Source of the DNA: Cenococcum geophilum
Taxonomy: Eukaryota
Length of the DNA stretch: 64,000 bases
Direction: 5' to 3'
Assembly (NCBI GenBank): GCA_050273025.1
Contig: CP158635.1
Coordinates: forward strand, 23,870,001 to 23,934,000
Shown: in pieces, positions 13,101-25,621 of the stretch
Numbering within the stretch: the first letter of the stretch is position 1
How the letters are laid out: each line of letters begins with the position of its first letter
Made by a program: the position numbers and the translations under genes
The notes under the pieces: model-generated
Seen by the model: only the letters and a program-made list of their open reading frames with translations
The model's database searches: none
Told to the model about the DNA's origin: nothing

Positions 13101-16100
13101 GACTAGAGGGAGCCAGTAGTAGAGCCTTAGACCCTTAAAGGAATTTAAGGATAATACCTAAATTTATAAGTTAAATAGTAAGATTAGCAGTTTAAAGCGC
13201 TAATAAATAGTGGGGTAATAAGGAACTATATTTTACTAGTAGCAGTTAAAAAAAAATAGGGCTACCGCACAGATAGAAGGAGCAATTTTACCTATTAGTT
13301 ACGATTTTAGGAGATCTAATAGCCTATAGAGGAGGGATTATTAATCTTAAAATAGGACTAATTTAAATAACTATTAAAGGAAGATAGATTAAGATGTCTT
13401 TTAATATCCTACTATTAGGACGGGATAATGCAGTACTAAGAATACCTTAATTATAAGAATATAATCCAAAGATTAATTAGATTATAGGTCAGGTTAATAT
13501 TAAGGATACTTAACGCCGTAAGTTATAATAATAAGCTAAGTTAGTATAGTACTAAGTAGGGGCGACCTATAAAGAAATAGATAGAGGCTTAAGCCACGTA
13601 CTAAAGAGATACTATAAGTATAGCAAGAAACTATAGTTACCGGAAAGTAAAAAGCTATTAGAATACGCAGCATAGGATTATAAGATAGAGTTGGAACTAG
13701 GAATAAGTCCAAAGTTCTTTCCAATCTATAAGCTTACTAAGGAAAAAGGTAGAGCACTAAAAGAGTTTATCTAGGAAAATCTACGGAAGGGATATATTAG
13801 ACTATCGCAGTTATTAGCGGGTTATTTAGTACTATTTATACTAAAGAAGAATAGCAAACTAAGGCTGTATATCGACTATAGATAGTTAAACAGCATTACT
13901 AGGAAGAATAGGTATTCTTTACCCTTAATTAGCGAAATCTAAGACAGGATAGGTAATGCGCAAATCTTTATAAAGATAGATCTAAGATAGGCATACTACC
14001 AGATTAGAATTAAGGAAGGCGACAAATAGAAGGCAGCCTTTAGGTTAAAGGAAGGACTATATAAACTATTAGTTATGCAATTTAGGCTTATAAATATACT
14101 AGCAACGTTCTAGAAGTATATTAATAATATATTAGGAGAATACTTAAATAAGTTTATTATAGCATACCTTAATAATATTATTATCTACTTAATAACTAAG
14201 GAAGAATATAGGGAACATATTAAATAGGTTTTAAAGAGACTATAAGAAGAACAGATGCTAGTAGTAATTAAAAAATGCGAGTTTTTTACCAGGAAGACCG
14301 ATTTTATTAGATTTATTATTAAACTAGGCTAACTTAGCATAAATCTAAAGAAGATTAAGGCTATAGTAAATTGGTAAGAACTAGAGAACGTTATATAGTT
14401 AAGATCGTTTTTAGGGGTTTATAATTACTGCAGGAGGTTTATAGCGCAATAGTTAAAGAATATTAAGCTATTTATATAATTAACAAAGAAAGAAGAACTA
14501 TAGGCATAGGGAGAGGAACAGTAAGAACTCTTTAAGAAAGTTAAGGAGTTATTTACCTAGGAGCCAGTTCTTAAATTTTATTAACTAGGATTAGAAACGG
14601 TTATAGAAACGGATATATTAGACTATATACTAGGAGTATACTTTATATAAAAACATTAAGATAGATAGCACCTAGTAGCATACTATAGTTAAAAGATAAC
14701 ACCATTAGAGTTAAACTATAACATCTATAATAAGAAGTTATTAGGTATAGTTACAGCACTAAAGAAATAAAGAGCATTCTTATAAGGTATAGAGAAACTA
14801 TTTATAGTTAAGATGGATTATAAGAACCTAACAGGATTCCTAATAATAAAGGAACTTAAATAAAGATAGGTTAGATGGGTAGAGATACTTATAGAATACT
14901 ATTTTAAGATTTAGTATACTAAGGGTACAGATAACACGTAAGTAGATGCTCTAAGTTATAAGGCTAAACTATAAAACAATGAAAAGCTATTAGGGGCTTT
15001 ACTGCGAAAAGATACAGACAGATTAATTAGGTATAATTATCTAAAAATTATAATAACTTAGGAAAATAATAGGTTAGAGAAAGTCTATAAGACACTGGAA
15101 AGCTTTTAGGTATAAAGGATTCTAAAAGTATAGCTAGAAGATCTATAAATGGATATATACAAAAATTAAAAAGTAAAGTATATCCTAAGAAGCGTAGTAG
15201 AGTAGTTTATAAAAGACTTCTATAAGGGACTAACTTAAGGATATAATGGAGCCATAGGCTTAGTATTAAGACTCTAGGAGAAGTATATTATTAATGGAAT
15301 CTAGGGCTTAGCACAAAAAGTTATAAAGGAATATTTAGATTGCTAAAGGAATAAATTAATAAGGCATAAGCTATATAGAGGGCTATAACCTATTAAAACA
15401 CCAGAGAGACTATAGAAGGTTATATTATAGGACTTTATTATTAAGTTACTAAAATTAAAAGATCCTATTACCGGACAAGATTATAACGCGATTTTAGTAA
15501 TAGTAGATAAGCTTATAAAGTAGGGATACTTTATAGCGTATACAGAAGAAATCTCAGCGGAAGATATTGCTAGAATCTATATTAAAGAAGTGTTTATAAA
15601 ATATAGAGCACTAAGTAAGATTATATCAGATAGGGATTTAAGATTTATAGCAGCATTTTAAGAGGTATTCTTAGCGGAGTAAGGAGTTAGAGTAGTAACT
15701 TCTACTATATATTATTTATAGACAGATGGTTAAATAAAGAGACTAAATTAGACACTAGAGCAGTATTTAAGACACTATATTAATCACGTATAGAATAATT
15801 AGGTATCGCTATTACTAATTATATAGTTTATATACAATATAACACCTTAAGAAGGAATAGGCACATTACTATTTAAGGCAAATTATGGATATAAGCTAAG
15901 GATATTACTATTACTATAGTAAGTAAAGAAAACAAGTAGCATAGCTAAAGAAAGAATAAAGACGTTAATAAATCTTTATATAGACCTTATAGAATTAGTA
16001 AAGAAAGTATAAGAGAAAATAAAAAAGTACTATAATGCTAAGAGATCTAAGGGACTAGATCTTAAGGAGGGAGATAAAGTATAGCTACTACACAAAAATT

Positions 16101-16499
16101 TCAAGAGTTAATAACTAAGTAAGAAGTTAGACTATGTCAGACTAGGACCTTTTAAAATTATTTAGAAGATTTCACTGGTTACGTTTAAGTTAAACCTACC
16201 AGCTAAAATGAAAATCTACCCTATACAGTATATTATAATACTAGAGCTAGTATACAGGAATATTAAGCCACTAGTTTATAAGGCAGATACGTATAGAGGA
16301 TAAAAAGAAGACAAATGGTAAGTTTTAAAGATTGTTAGTTATAAGGATATTAACAATAAAATATAGTATAAGGTTAAGTAGATAGGCTATACTAAGACTA
16401 CTTAGGAGCTACTAAAAAATTTAAAGAATGCTATAAGAAAGGTATAGGAGTATTAGAAGAAATTAGGTTAGGTAGTATTAAAAAAAAAGGATTACTAAA

Positions 16500-17100
16500 G
16501 AATAAGTTACCTAAGGGGGACCTAGGAAGAGCAGTTACCAAACTACTTAGATCTATTTCCTTCTCTATTAGAAGAAAGTCCGTTCTTTTATTACTAAATT
16601 CCTATAAACCTTATTCTATAAGTTTCTACTCCTTAAAACGCACCTTCTTATAAACCTTCTTAAGACGGATTAACTAAGTAGACGCAGCTAGATGGGAATT
16701 AAGGGCTCTTTGCTAAGCTTTAGCAGCCTCTCATTCCGCGTTATAAGAATAGCATAACTCCGCCAGAGTAATAGACAATTTATTATCTAGCCGCGCAGTA
16801 GTAGATTAAACATAAGACCCTAAAATAAATTAATTAGGGAACTAGATAACTATTAAAAGTAATAGGCCACGTATATTTAGTATTAGAAGTAGAGCAAACG
16901 TTACAGGACGAATAAATATTCGCTTTAGTGTACTTTAAGTAAAAAGACGGTTGTCGCGAAGATGGGTTCGCTAATGTAATATAAACTAACCCCTTTTTCA
17001 AATAATAAGAATATGGAGACGGTATAATCTCACTAAGAGATAGTATTGTAGCAACGGTGCGAATACAGCGAGCAGTTAAAGAAGAAATTGCTTTAGGCAT
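16500..17100 (-). pseudogene. Antisense, intron-containing accessory gene inside the Gypsy element (Cys-rich N-terminus plus coiled coil), RIP-mutated
   Basis: ATG at 17100 (MPKAISS...). Exon 1 reads PSPYSYYLKKGLVYITL...PSFYLKYTKANIYSSCNV, where Y at RIP-prone TGT/TGC positions suggests C. A 55-nt intron 16874-16820 (donor RIP'd to ATACGT, acceptor TTTTAG) joins in frame to a charged helical exon 2. The 3' end is approximate. Confidence 0.6.
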
Positions 17101-17208
17101 AATAAGCAATAATATTAACCAAATTAATTAGACGGACATTATACCTCTAGTAAACGACTTGGAGATGTTTAGGATCTTTAAGGATAAAGATAGAGAGAAG
17201 GGAGATAG

Positions 17209-17601
17209 TGTTACGGACGCTTTAAGTATAATATTACGACTACTAGGAGAGGAGTTAGAAGAAGCTAGTTGGTTAATCTAGGCACGGTCTAAAATGGAGC
17301 CGGTAGAACTATATAACGAGGAATAGTAACTAAGGTTATATAAGGTAATCTGTATAATCTATAAGATCTATATATTACGTATAAGAAGGATTTTATAGGA
17401 GTACGGTTGTGTATTTAAGGACCCTTAGTCCCTACCTAGATAGTTCCTTCCTTGTAGTGATTCTTAGAATACAATTAGAGTTAATCTATTAGGCAACCAC
17501 TCCACTAGTTATTATTACTTGCTGACCTCTATACTTATATCACCTATATACTTAGCCTAATAACGAGCCTACCGTAGTTCCTGCTATAAGGTTCCGTTAT
17601 A
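17209..17601 (+). repeat. 3' LTR of Gypsy element (393 bp)
   Basis: Starts TGTTACGG directly after the purine tract GATAGAGAGAAGGGAGATAG; followed by TSD TTAGT. Confidence 0.9.
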
Positions 17602-20600
17602 TTAGTAGCCTATAATTCCCTTGCTCTTTATAGGGGTAGTAGGTATAAGTCTTCTACTAATTGCCCTACCTTTTTCTTTACCTATTTTACTATAGCCTAT
17701 AGGCCCTTATTATAGGGGAGGCTTAGGTTAAAAGTATACTTATTTATAAATTGTTTCTAGTTATTTCTTACTTCTTTTTTTAGGGTATTCTTTAACTGGT
17801 TTCTTATATCTTTATATTATCTCTTATCTTTAGGGTTATAGCTGCTTAAGTATTTCCTTCTTACTTATTATTGGCTAGCTATAAGAACCGCGCATTATAC
17901 GGACTATATATATTACGCGTAGGGGCCTAGTTTTAAGACCGGGTAGTACTCTTCTAGCCCATTTTTAATTGCTGCCTAGATCCTTTCTAGTCTTTGGTTA
18001 ATTTCCTTAGGGGTAGCTAATAAGCCTTACTTATTTAGTATTGGGTGGATTTCTTCTAGGTCTTAGAGTTATTGTTCCACTATATTAAGGAAACTGTTTA
18101 CCTTAAGCATCCTTATTATATATTTTTTGCTATTTAGTTACGCCTTAATGTCTAAATTTAGCTATATCTAGATGGGGATATAGTCTAAGGTAAGTGCCCA
18201 TTCTTCTTTAGGGTTATACCTTTTAAGTCTCTGGTATAGGCCTTTATCCATAAATATAAGGTTAATTATACTTTTAGCGGGTCCTTATTACCATATAATT
18301 ACTCTAGGGGGGGTAGCTAGCTTAAGGCCCTAGGTGTTTATAGCTTTTAGTAGGCACTCTACCTATTATTTAGTAGCGATATAGATACCCCCCTACCGCG
18401 GGTGGTAAAGGTTTATATCTCCTAATAGGATAGACTCTATGCCTTTAGTTTTAAGTAGGCTTATTACTAATATAATATTCTCTATTTATGGGACCTCTTC
18501 GACCCTAGGGTTATATATATTAATAATTTATATCGGTCCTCTATATATCTAGATTGTTACGACTATAATATCTAGATTAATTGCCTACTATAACTATAAG
18601 GACAGGCTAATAGTCTTGTTAATTATAAAGCATATGTATATAGCTGCTTTTAGTTTATATAGGAGCTAGAATCCTTAGGGGCAGTATATTAATTATATGT
18701 AGGTATTATAATACGGCTCTTATATAGTAAGGATATAGTATTTCTCTAGGTCTAGACTATCTAGTAAGGGCCTTATAAGATAGTGGTTTGTGTTGCTATA
18801 GTTATACTATATAATGGATAGGTAGCGGACCCCCAGTAAGGGTCCTTTGCCTCTTTATTATTCCTCGCTTCTTCTATTTCTACTTTCTCTAGGATATTTA
18901 AAACTTCTATCTCTTATATCTATACCTTAGTTACTACTTATTTTATATAGAGCTTTCTATTTCCGTGTCTTATATTCCTACTAGCGCTTCTATATCTAAA
19001 TCTGTTATTATCTTTAGATCTTCCCCTGTTCTTACTAGTTAGCTATATACCCTTTAAGAGTTAGCTATAAATGTTATATTTACCGCGTTAAGTCTAATTC
19101 TTAATTATCCCGGTCTTAAGCTTGCTATAGCTGTCCATAAGGGTCTTCCTATAGGGCGTCCTCTCCCTTATATCCCCTGTAACCCTTATATCCCTATATA
19201 GTTTAGTAATGTCGCGCGGCGTTGCTTCTAGCCCGTTAAGGCTTGGGATAGCTAGCCTAGCCCCCTAGTATTAAAGGTAGGAAACGCTAGAAAGGCACCT
19301 GCGCCCCCCTAGCTTATTGCCTATTATTTCTATTTATATAACCTAGCGTATAGTTATTCCCGTAGCTATTAAGCCCTTACCTTCTATCTCCTGTATTTAA
19401 TACAGTCTTCTCTCTTTTACGCCTTATGTGTGCTTCGGTAGCAGTTTACGCATTTTATTTAGTCTTAATTTAAGTAGTGTCTTATATTATAGGGGCCTAT
19501 ATAGTAGCCGCAGCATACCTATACTGCGTATGTAAATTAGGTGTGCCCCTATTATATATAGCGATAATATTATTTTAGGCGGAGTCTATAGTTATAGAGC
19601 CTTACGTTATATATAAGGCCATTTATAATAATACCTTTTTAAATAAGGAGTTTTTGCATTCTTAGTATATATATGCTAATAATAAGGGAGCCATGCGTTT
19701 AACCGGCGTTTCCCTAGCGAGTCTCTGGTGACCCTTATATTCTTTTATTATTCTTATTATATACTTAGTTTATATTTTCCTATTAAAGCTATTAGATTTG
19801 GGTAATCTTAAGTCCTAGTATAAGGCGTTCCGTTTATTTTACTATCTTATATATAGTTGCTGTATTGTCTACCTAGCGTCCCTTTTCTACCCTAAGGCTT
19901 AGGGGAACCGCTAGGACTTTAACTGGGTAATCTTTATAAAGCACTTTTATGCTAATACGTTTTCCTAACCTATCCCCTACCCTAATAGCTCGTTCCTTTA
20001 CCTATTAGTCCCTTAGGGTAACTTTAATATCTCCGCTCCTAAGGTGTTAAACTATAATAGCGTTATAGACCTCTTTACGAATCTTTATAAGGACTTCTGT
20101 TTCTAATTATCCCCTAAGCCCCTCTACTTTTTCTATATTTGGTTATATTATAATTATATACCCAGATATTATCTTTAGGGGGGTAGGTTCCCTATACTAT
20201 AAATACGTAACTACGGCGGCCTAGGTGCGGTTCGCCGGTAAAAAAGGGTTTTATTTATTTTTAATTTTGCTTAGCTATTAGAGGATTTAATTAAGGGTTT
20301 ACTAGAGGGGCGCCTAAGGTTTACTAGACTAGCGGAGCCATTCTACTAGCTGCATTAGTTTGTTATAGCTAATGGTTACTCCCCTATAACTATAGATACT
20401 AAACGTATCTAATAGGCTTTATATTTTATTAAATGCCTTTTTAATAGAGGTCTTTCTACTTTATAGTGTGGTATTCGCCCGTTCTTATTATAGAGGGCTA
20501 TTGCTAGGCGTGGTTCTGGTGGACGCGCGCGAGTGCAAACTACCGTCGTTTAACGTGTGCCTCCCCTGCGATGTATGTATCTTAGGAGGATTCTCTAGGT

Positions 20601-20899
20601 GTTTTTTAGGGTTCTTTTGGTTGGTTTTAGTCTTTTTGGGCTAGGTGCAGTAAGAGCTCCAATACTATATTACTATAATTAGATACTATACTAATTGGTT
20701 TTTACGATATAAGCGCTTAACCTATAACCCTCTAGCGTATATCTATCGTAATACTAATTAGAGCTATAGTTAGGGTTAAAATACTAAAGGTAGTAGGCGT
20801 AGAACTAGAATAGATTATTATATTAATTAAAGTATATATGCTAAGGGTAGTAGTAATAAGGGTTCTATATAGCGGTAATTATAAGGGGACTTTATAGAT

Positions 20900-21850
20900 A
20901 GGGGGCTATAAGGACACGATTGTAAAATAGAATAGATTAGTAAGAGAGATAAATCCTTAAAGAGGTAAGGCCTCTAGGATCGTGGAGACTATATACTATA
21001 GATACGTGCCTTTAGTACGTGACCGGCGACCATCTAAGGGGCGTCTAGGGGTTGTCCTAAGGGCAACCTAAGGTAACTATAATAATATCCCTTATAGTAA
21101 TATAGAGGTTACGCTCTCTAATTACTAGGTAAAGAATTAGATAATTATTTAGGGAGATACTCCTAAATATAAAATCCTCTATTAGAACTACCTAGTTAAA
21201 GTAATAAGAGTACCCCTTAATATATAAGTAAAAAGTAGGTAAAGCTCTATAAATATATAGCTTATTTAGAGGATTATAAAGGCGATAAAAAAAACCAACC
21301 TTAGGAATTACTATAACTAGGGTTATATAGCTTAATAAAGAATGTATAATATATATAGGGGAATTACTAGAATTCTAAAGGGTTAAAACGCGTAATACCC
21401 TAGTAATTAGCCTACTAACCTAAGAGATATAAGTAATATTAGCCTATAAGAAAGTAATTATAAATAATCTCTAGTATAAAGCCTAACTATACTACTATAG
21501 AGTCTAGGTCTAATAATGCTTTAAAAACTAATAGTAGGGATATACCTAGGAGGTAGGCAAGGTGCGGAGAGTATACTAATATCTATAATATTAAGGACTG
21601 CCCTAATGGTAAGGGAGCTAAATATATAAATTATGGTAAAAAATATAGAGTATAGTAAAAGGTAGTACATAAAACTTACTAGGTATACCTAAAAGCCACT
21701 AAGGAAAGACAAGCCTAAATATACTAGATTATAGCTATATTATAAGGAAATATATATAAAAAGAAAATAAGTAGGGTAAATAATAGTAGGAAAATAGTTA
21801 TATAATGGAAGAGAGCTAGGGTACCTATTTTAGTAGGAGTAGTATTTATC
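20900..21850 (+). mobile_element. RIP-degraded fragment of a second LINE (ORF1 gag-like zinc knuckles)
   Basis: About 21558-21655 reads ARCGEYTNIYNIKDCP...AKYINYGKKYRV*, a RIP'd CxxC...H...C / CxNC...H..W knuckle pair typical of fungal LINE ORF1. Boundaries approximate. Confidence 0.5.
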
Positions 21851-22490
21851 TAATAAATAGTAAAATAGAGCGTAGAATATCTGTAAGGTAGTATTAATGC
21901 GGCTAGGGACCCGTCCTAGTAGAGAATCTTAGCTATAGCGGCTCTAGATAAAACGCCCTAAACATATATATCCAGCGAAATTAGATGCCCGTACCGAATT
22001 TGCAGCTCGGTCCGTCACAGAAACAGCCGAAAGAAAACGCTGTCAGCTCCTAGCCAAATGCGGACGTATCGGTAGTTATCTTCGTTAATGACTATACTTT
22101 TAAGTTTTGTCGGATGGTGTTTATCAGTTATTTTACCGCCTTTAAGTGATTAGGCAAGGTTATAAACTATTGAATCCGTTTCGAGCGACCGAGGGGGCAT
22201 GATCCCCTCGACCCAACGTGTCAGACGGTATATAATGTCCAACTTAGGTCTGTCAATTGGACCGGTCTTTTTGCGCCAATTGGGTGTTTGCAAGACGTCG
22301 ACGGTATTTGACTCATGAGGCGTACTACCCCGCAAACCACTGATCCTGTTTCTCCATGTAACAGCACAATCTCATTCAATACCAACGTCGTTTAGCTGCC
22401 AAACTCGAACAAGAACCCTTCACTATCGGCTTTTGTCAAAGTCACTAAGTCATCCTGTCCACACGATCGCCTGCTTATATTTCTTTAAAC

Positions 22491-23542
22491 ATGGATAAAT
22501 TATTCCAGAAGTAAGCTATTTCCTCGCATAACCATCTCCATTTTTAAGGTTAAGCTAAGTTTTTAAACGCCTGTAAAAGAATATTTACCTCCGATCAATT
22601 CACCTTTTTTGTCGGCGAGGATAAGAAACCCATTGTTGTTCATGCCGCGGCCATTGCAGACCAGTCCCCGGCTCTAAACGTGCTTATTAATGGGCAAATG
22701 ACCGAAGCGCAAACCGGGTCTGCCATCTTTAATGATGTGCTTGAGGAGGACTTCATACGATTCTGCCAGTTCGCGTATACAGGAGACTACACACCTCCAA
22801 TGTGCATCATTGAGGACGAGACGAGTCATCCAACTCAATGTAAGTACCATGGTGCAAGCTGAACTCTACTTTAGCCTATATGCAGACTAACTTTCCTGGC
22901 GCAGCATGTCCGCTAGAATCGGATTCGGAACCTGAAATATTAGACGCACCACCAACACCACCAGCACTAGAAGAAATAAGACCAGAAGAGCCAGAAGAGC
23001 CAGAACCAGAACCAGTACTAGAACCGGAACCCCAGGGGGCATGGTATAGTCGGGGGAGTTATTCCCAAACACATCGTATATCACAAGCTTCTCGAAAGGT
23101 AAACTTGCGAAGGTCTTTTGATATCAAATTTATTTGCTCTACTCTACCTCAACAACGCATTATTAATTCATGCGAGGCCATCCCTAACAGCCATGCAAAG
23201 CAAGACTACACGGGGGTGTTCTTGGCTCATGCTCGACTTTACGTTTTTGCCGACAAATACGGGATTGAACCTCTAGAGTCCTTAAGCCTACACAAACTCC
23301 ATGCGACTCTAAAAAGTTTCACCCTATATAGGGCGCGAGTTGGGGATATTCTCAAGCTAGTGCGATACGCTTATGAGAACGGCCCGGGTTATAAAAGCAA
23401 CAAGTTGAGAGCTCTTGTTTCTGAGTACATTGCTTGCGAAATTGATACGATTGGGGGAACCAAGAGATTTTTTGCTCTAATGGAGGAAGGCGGTCTTTTC
23501 GTGCGGGATTTCTGGAAACTGGTGCAGAAAAACCTTCTTTAG
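22491..23542 (+). CDS. BTB/POZ domain protein (3 exons: 22491-22510, 22580-22839, 22904-23542)
   Basis: Spliced N-terminus IFTSDQFTFFVGEDKKPIVVHAAAIADQSPALNVLINGQMTEA...DVLEEDFIRFCQFAYTGDY and C-terminal FLAHARLYVFADKYGIEPLESLSLHKL, the classic fungal BTB pattern. Confidence 0.85.
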
Positions 23543-23699
23543 CTTAAATCTTTTACATTTGCGCGACTAGACGCATTTATGGTAAAATTGCAATGCATAT
23601 TGCCAATTGAAGACATGAGAAGGTAGTTATGAAACCAAAGGAGTTCGCCTATAAGCAATCAGTGATCTACTTAGAGCGGGGTCTATTTAGGGCTCCAAT

Positions 23700-24668
23700 G
23701 TAGATTCGGCTTCGATGTGGATTTGGATTGGGCCTTCTAATTAGTAGATTGGAGTGGATCTACGGTTAATTTAACTCTTGGAGCTCTAGATCTATACCCG
23801 AGGAAGAATAGAGTGCTAAGGAGTTAGTATATAAGAGGAAGCCAATCGGCAACTCTTCTAGCTCTACTACTGGCTTACTATCTAATAAGTAGTGTATTAG
23901 CTATAGAATCTAGGATACGTAGTTATCCTGCCCGTACTACTACTTCTACTATTATAGTTTTATATCCACACTTATCGTTATAGTACTATATTTAACTTTC
24001 CTACCTCTGCAATAGAACGGTTTCTTAGTATCCTACCTCTACTATTTAATGACGTTATCCTTGCCCTGAAATTAATTAATTTAAAAGCCGACGACATAAA
24101 GGAAGTAGTTAAGTTTAAGCTATAGAGTAAGAACTATATTAGATAACGCTTTAATGAAGAAACTAAAGTATATAAAGCAACGTACGTTACCTATATAGCT
24201 TTAGGGTAAGGATATATAGCTAGAGGAAGTGTACCGATCAAACTTAAATTATGTACCTTTTCGCCTAAAATCGCGTGCGAGGGTACTCGGGGGCGGTCGC
24301 TGCGCGACTTTGTATGGCGTTATTAATAGGGGTGGCTCTAACCGTATTAACCCGGGTCGTAACCGCGCCAAATGACCCCCCCCCTAATAGTTATGTGATG
24401 GATATTTTAACGGTCATAATATTTTAATGTTTGTCACGTAGAGTCTGCCACAACTTACCGCCCGCACTTTTTTTTCTAACTAATTAGAAGCTGGCTTGGC
24501 GGGGGTTTGAATTCTAGGACCCGAAAATATAGACCACTCGTACCTCGGGTCAATAAGCTTTAGGAAGTAATATAAAATATTAATATTAAGTTATTTAAAT
24601 ATCCGTAACCTCCATAACGTGGATATCGTTGGAACGCGTAAGAAACGTTGGAATACTGCCTCAGACGT
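23700..24668. mobile_element. RIP-degraded TE remnants (unclassified; possible pogo/Fot1-like terminus near 24668)
   Basis: TpA-rich and non-coding; ends in ...CTCAGACGT|A. Family not determinable. Confidence 0.3.
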
Positions 24669-24972
24669 AATTCTAGTGGTTTCGCATAAATGTAGTTAGT
24701 TAGCTTGCGGACCGATTGAAAATCCGCACCAACGGAATCACGTCTGAGCTTGCTGAGGTAAGCCAGTTTCGGCGTACGATATCGCCTCGGTAATATATTC
24801 TCCCATTCCGTCCGCAACCAAGGATTTGGCAGCGCCAGAGCTTCGAAAAGTTCAATCATCAGGCTCAACTCTTGCACCAACCTCATTTATCCAATCGCCT
24901 ACAGTCCACACTACACACACCTTCAACCACCATCTTTGCCGCTTCAATCGCACTACTCAAATTTAGCCCATC

Positions 24973-25621
24973 ATGGTCAAGCTAGAAGAAGTCATCGATG
25001 AGGAGTTCACCCGCTCGCAGGAAGGCCCTCTCGAAGGCGAGGATGACTGGGACACCGACACCGGTATGCTCCTCTCCTGTTTCACCATTCCCTGTGCGGC
25101 TTCCTGCGCGCCGTATCTAACTGTTCCTGTAGACTCCGACGCCGAATCTGATATCTCCTCTGTAGCCCCAGACGAGTCACTCTATGAGCGCCTCACAGCG
25201 CTGCAAGACATCGTCCCTGCCTCGTACCGGCGCTCTCTCTCCAATGGTGTAGCATCGGCGACTAGCTGGGTCAGGAGCGGGCTGATGATGGGTGGCAAGA
25301 CGCTGTGGGTCGTGAGCACGAGCGCACTCCTGCTGGGCGTGCCGTGGGCGCTAGCGTATGCCGAGGAGCAGCAGGTGGCCGAAATGGAGCGCGAGATGAA
25401 GATGCAGCAGAGTGCTAATGAAGTGAGTTGATTTGGTCCATTGCATAATATTCAGAGCGATATAGCGCAAGAGCATTGGGTGATGGGGGATTGTGGGAAG
25501 AGGAAGAAGAGCGTGGCACTGTATCCAAAAAGTGTTTCCTTAGACTAATAGCTAACTTCTTTATACTCAGCTTTTGGCGCCCGGCTCGACGACACAGACG
25601 CAAGCTAAACCAGCGTTGTAA
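24973..25621 (+). CDS. TOM22: Mitochondrial import receptor Tom22 (exons 24973-25063, 25133-25423, 25571-25621)
   Basis: MVKLEEV, acidic N-terminus, ESLYERLTALQDIVP, GKTLWVVSTSALLLGVPWALAYAEEQQ; GT-AG introns in frame. Confidence 0.95.

Larger units (their letters stand above)
9695..17601 (+). mobile_element. Full-length Ty3/Gypsy chromovirus, RIP-inactivated
   Basis: Paired LTRs 9695-10119 and 17209-17601, TSD TTAGT (9690-9694 and 17602-17606), and a PPT before the 3' LTR. Relics in order: gag (ATG 10165, CINCGK knuckle about 11170), protease ALIxSG about 13197, RT KIDLR about 13972 and YLxxI about 14165, RNase H ETD about 14606, integrase DFIxKL about 15431, chromodomain about 16310-16450. 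Confidence 0.92.
7205..20665 (-). mobile_element. Full-length Tad1-like LINE retrotransposon, RIP-inactivated, split by a Gypsy insertion at 9695-17601
   Basis: 16-bp TSD TATATTACTATAATTA at 7189-7204 and 20666-20681, with a short (TAT)n tail at 7205. Minus-strand relics: ORF1 zinc knuckles (CVNC about 19445), APE endonuclease (QYNC, IQEP, LLGDxNLxHPxWGG about 18390-18815), RT (SYRPIALENTLSK about 9310-9340, LDISxAYxN about 9110, GIxQGxPLSPILF about 8920-8950) and a C-terminal CCHC finger at about 7680-7760. Confidence 0.9.

Noticed and set aside
25424..25570. Relatively long TOM22 intron as a snoRNA host
   Set aside because: No convincing C/D or H/ACA box pair with a terminal stem was seen.
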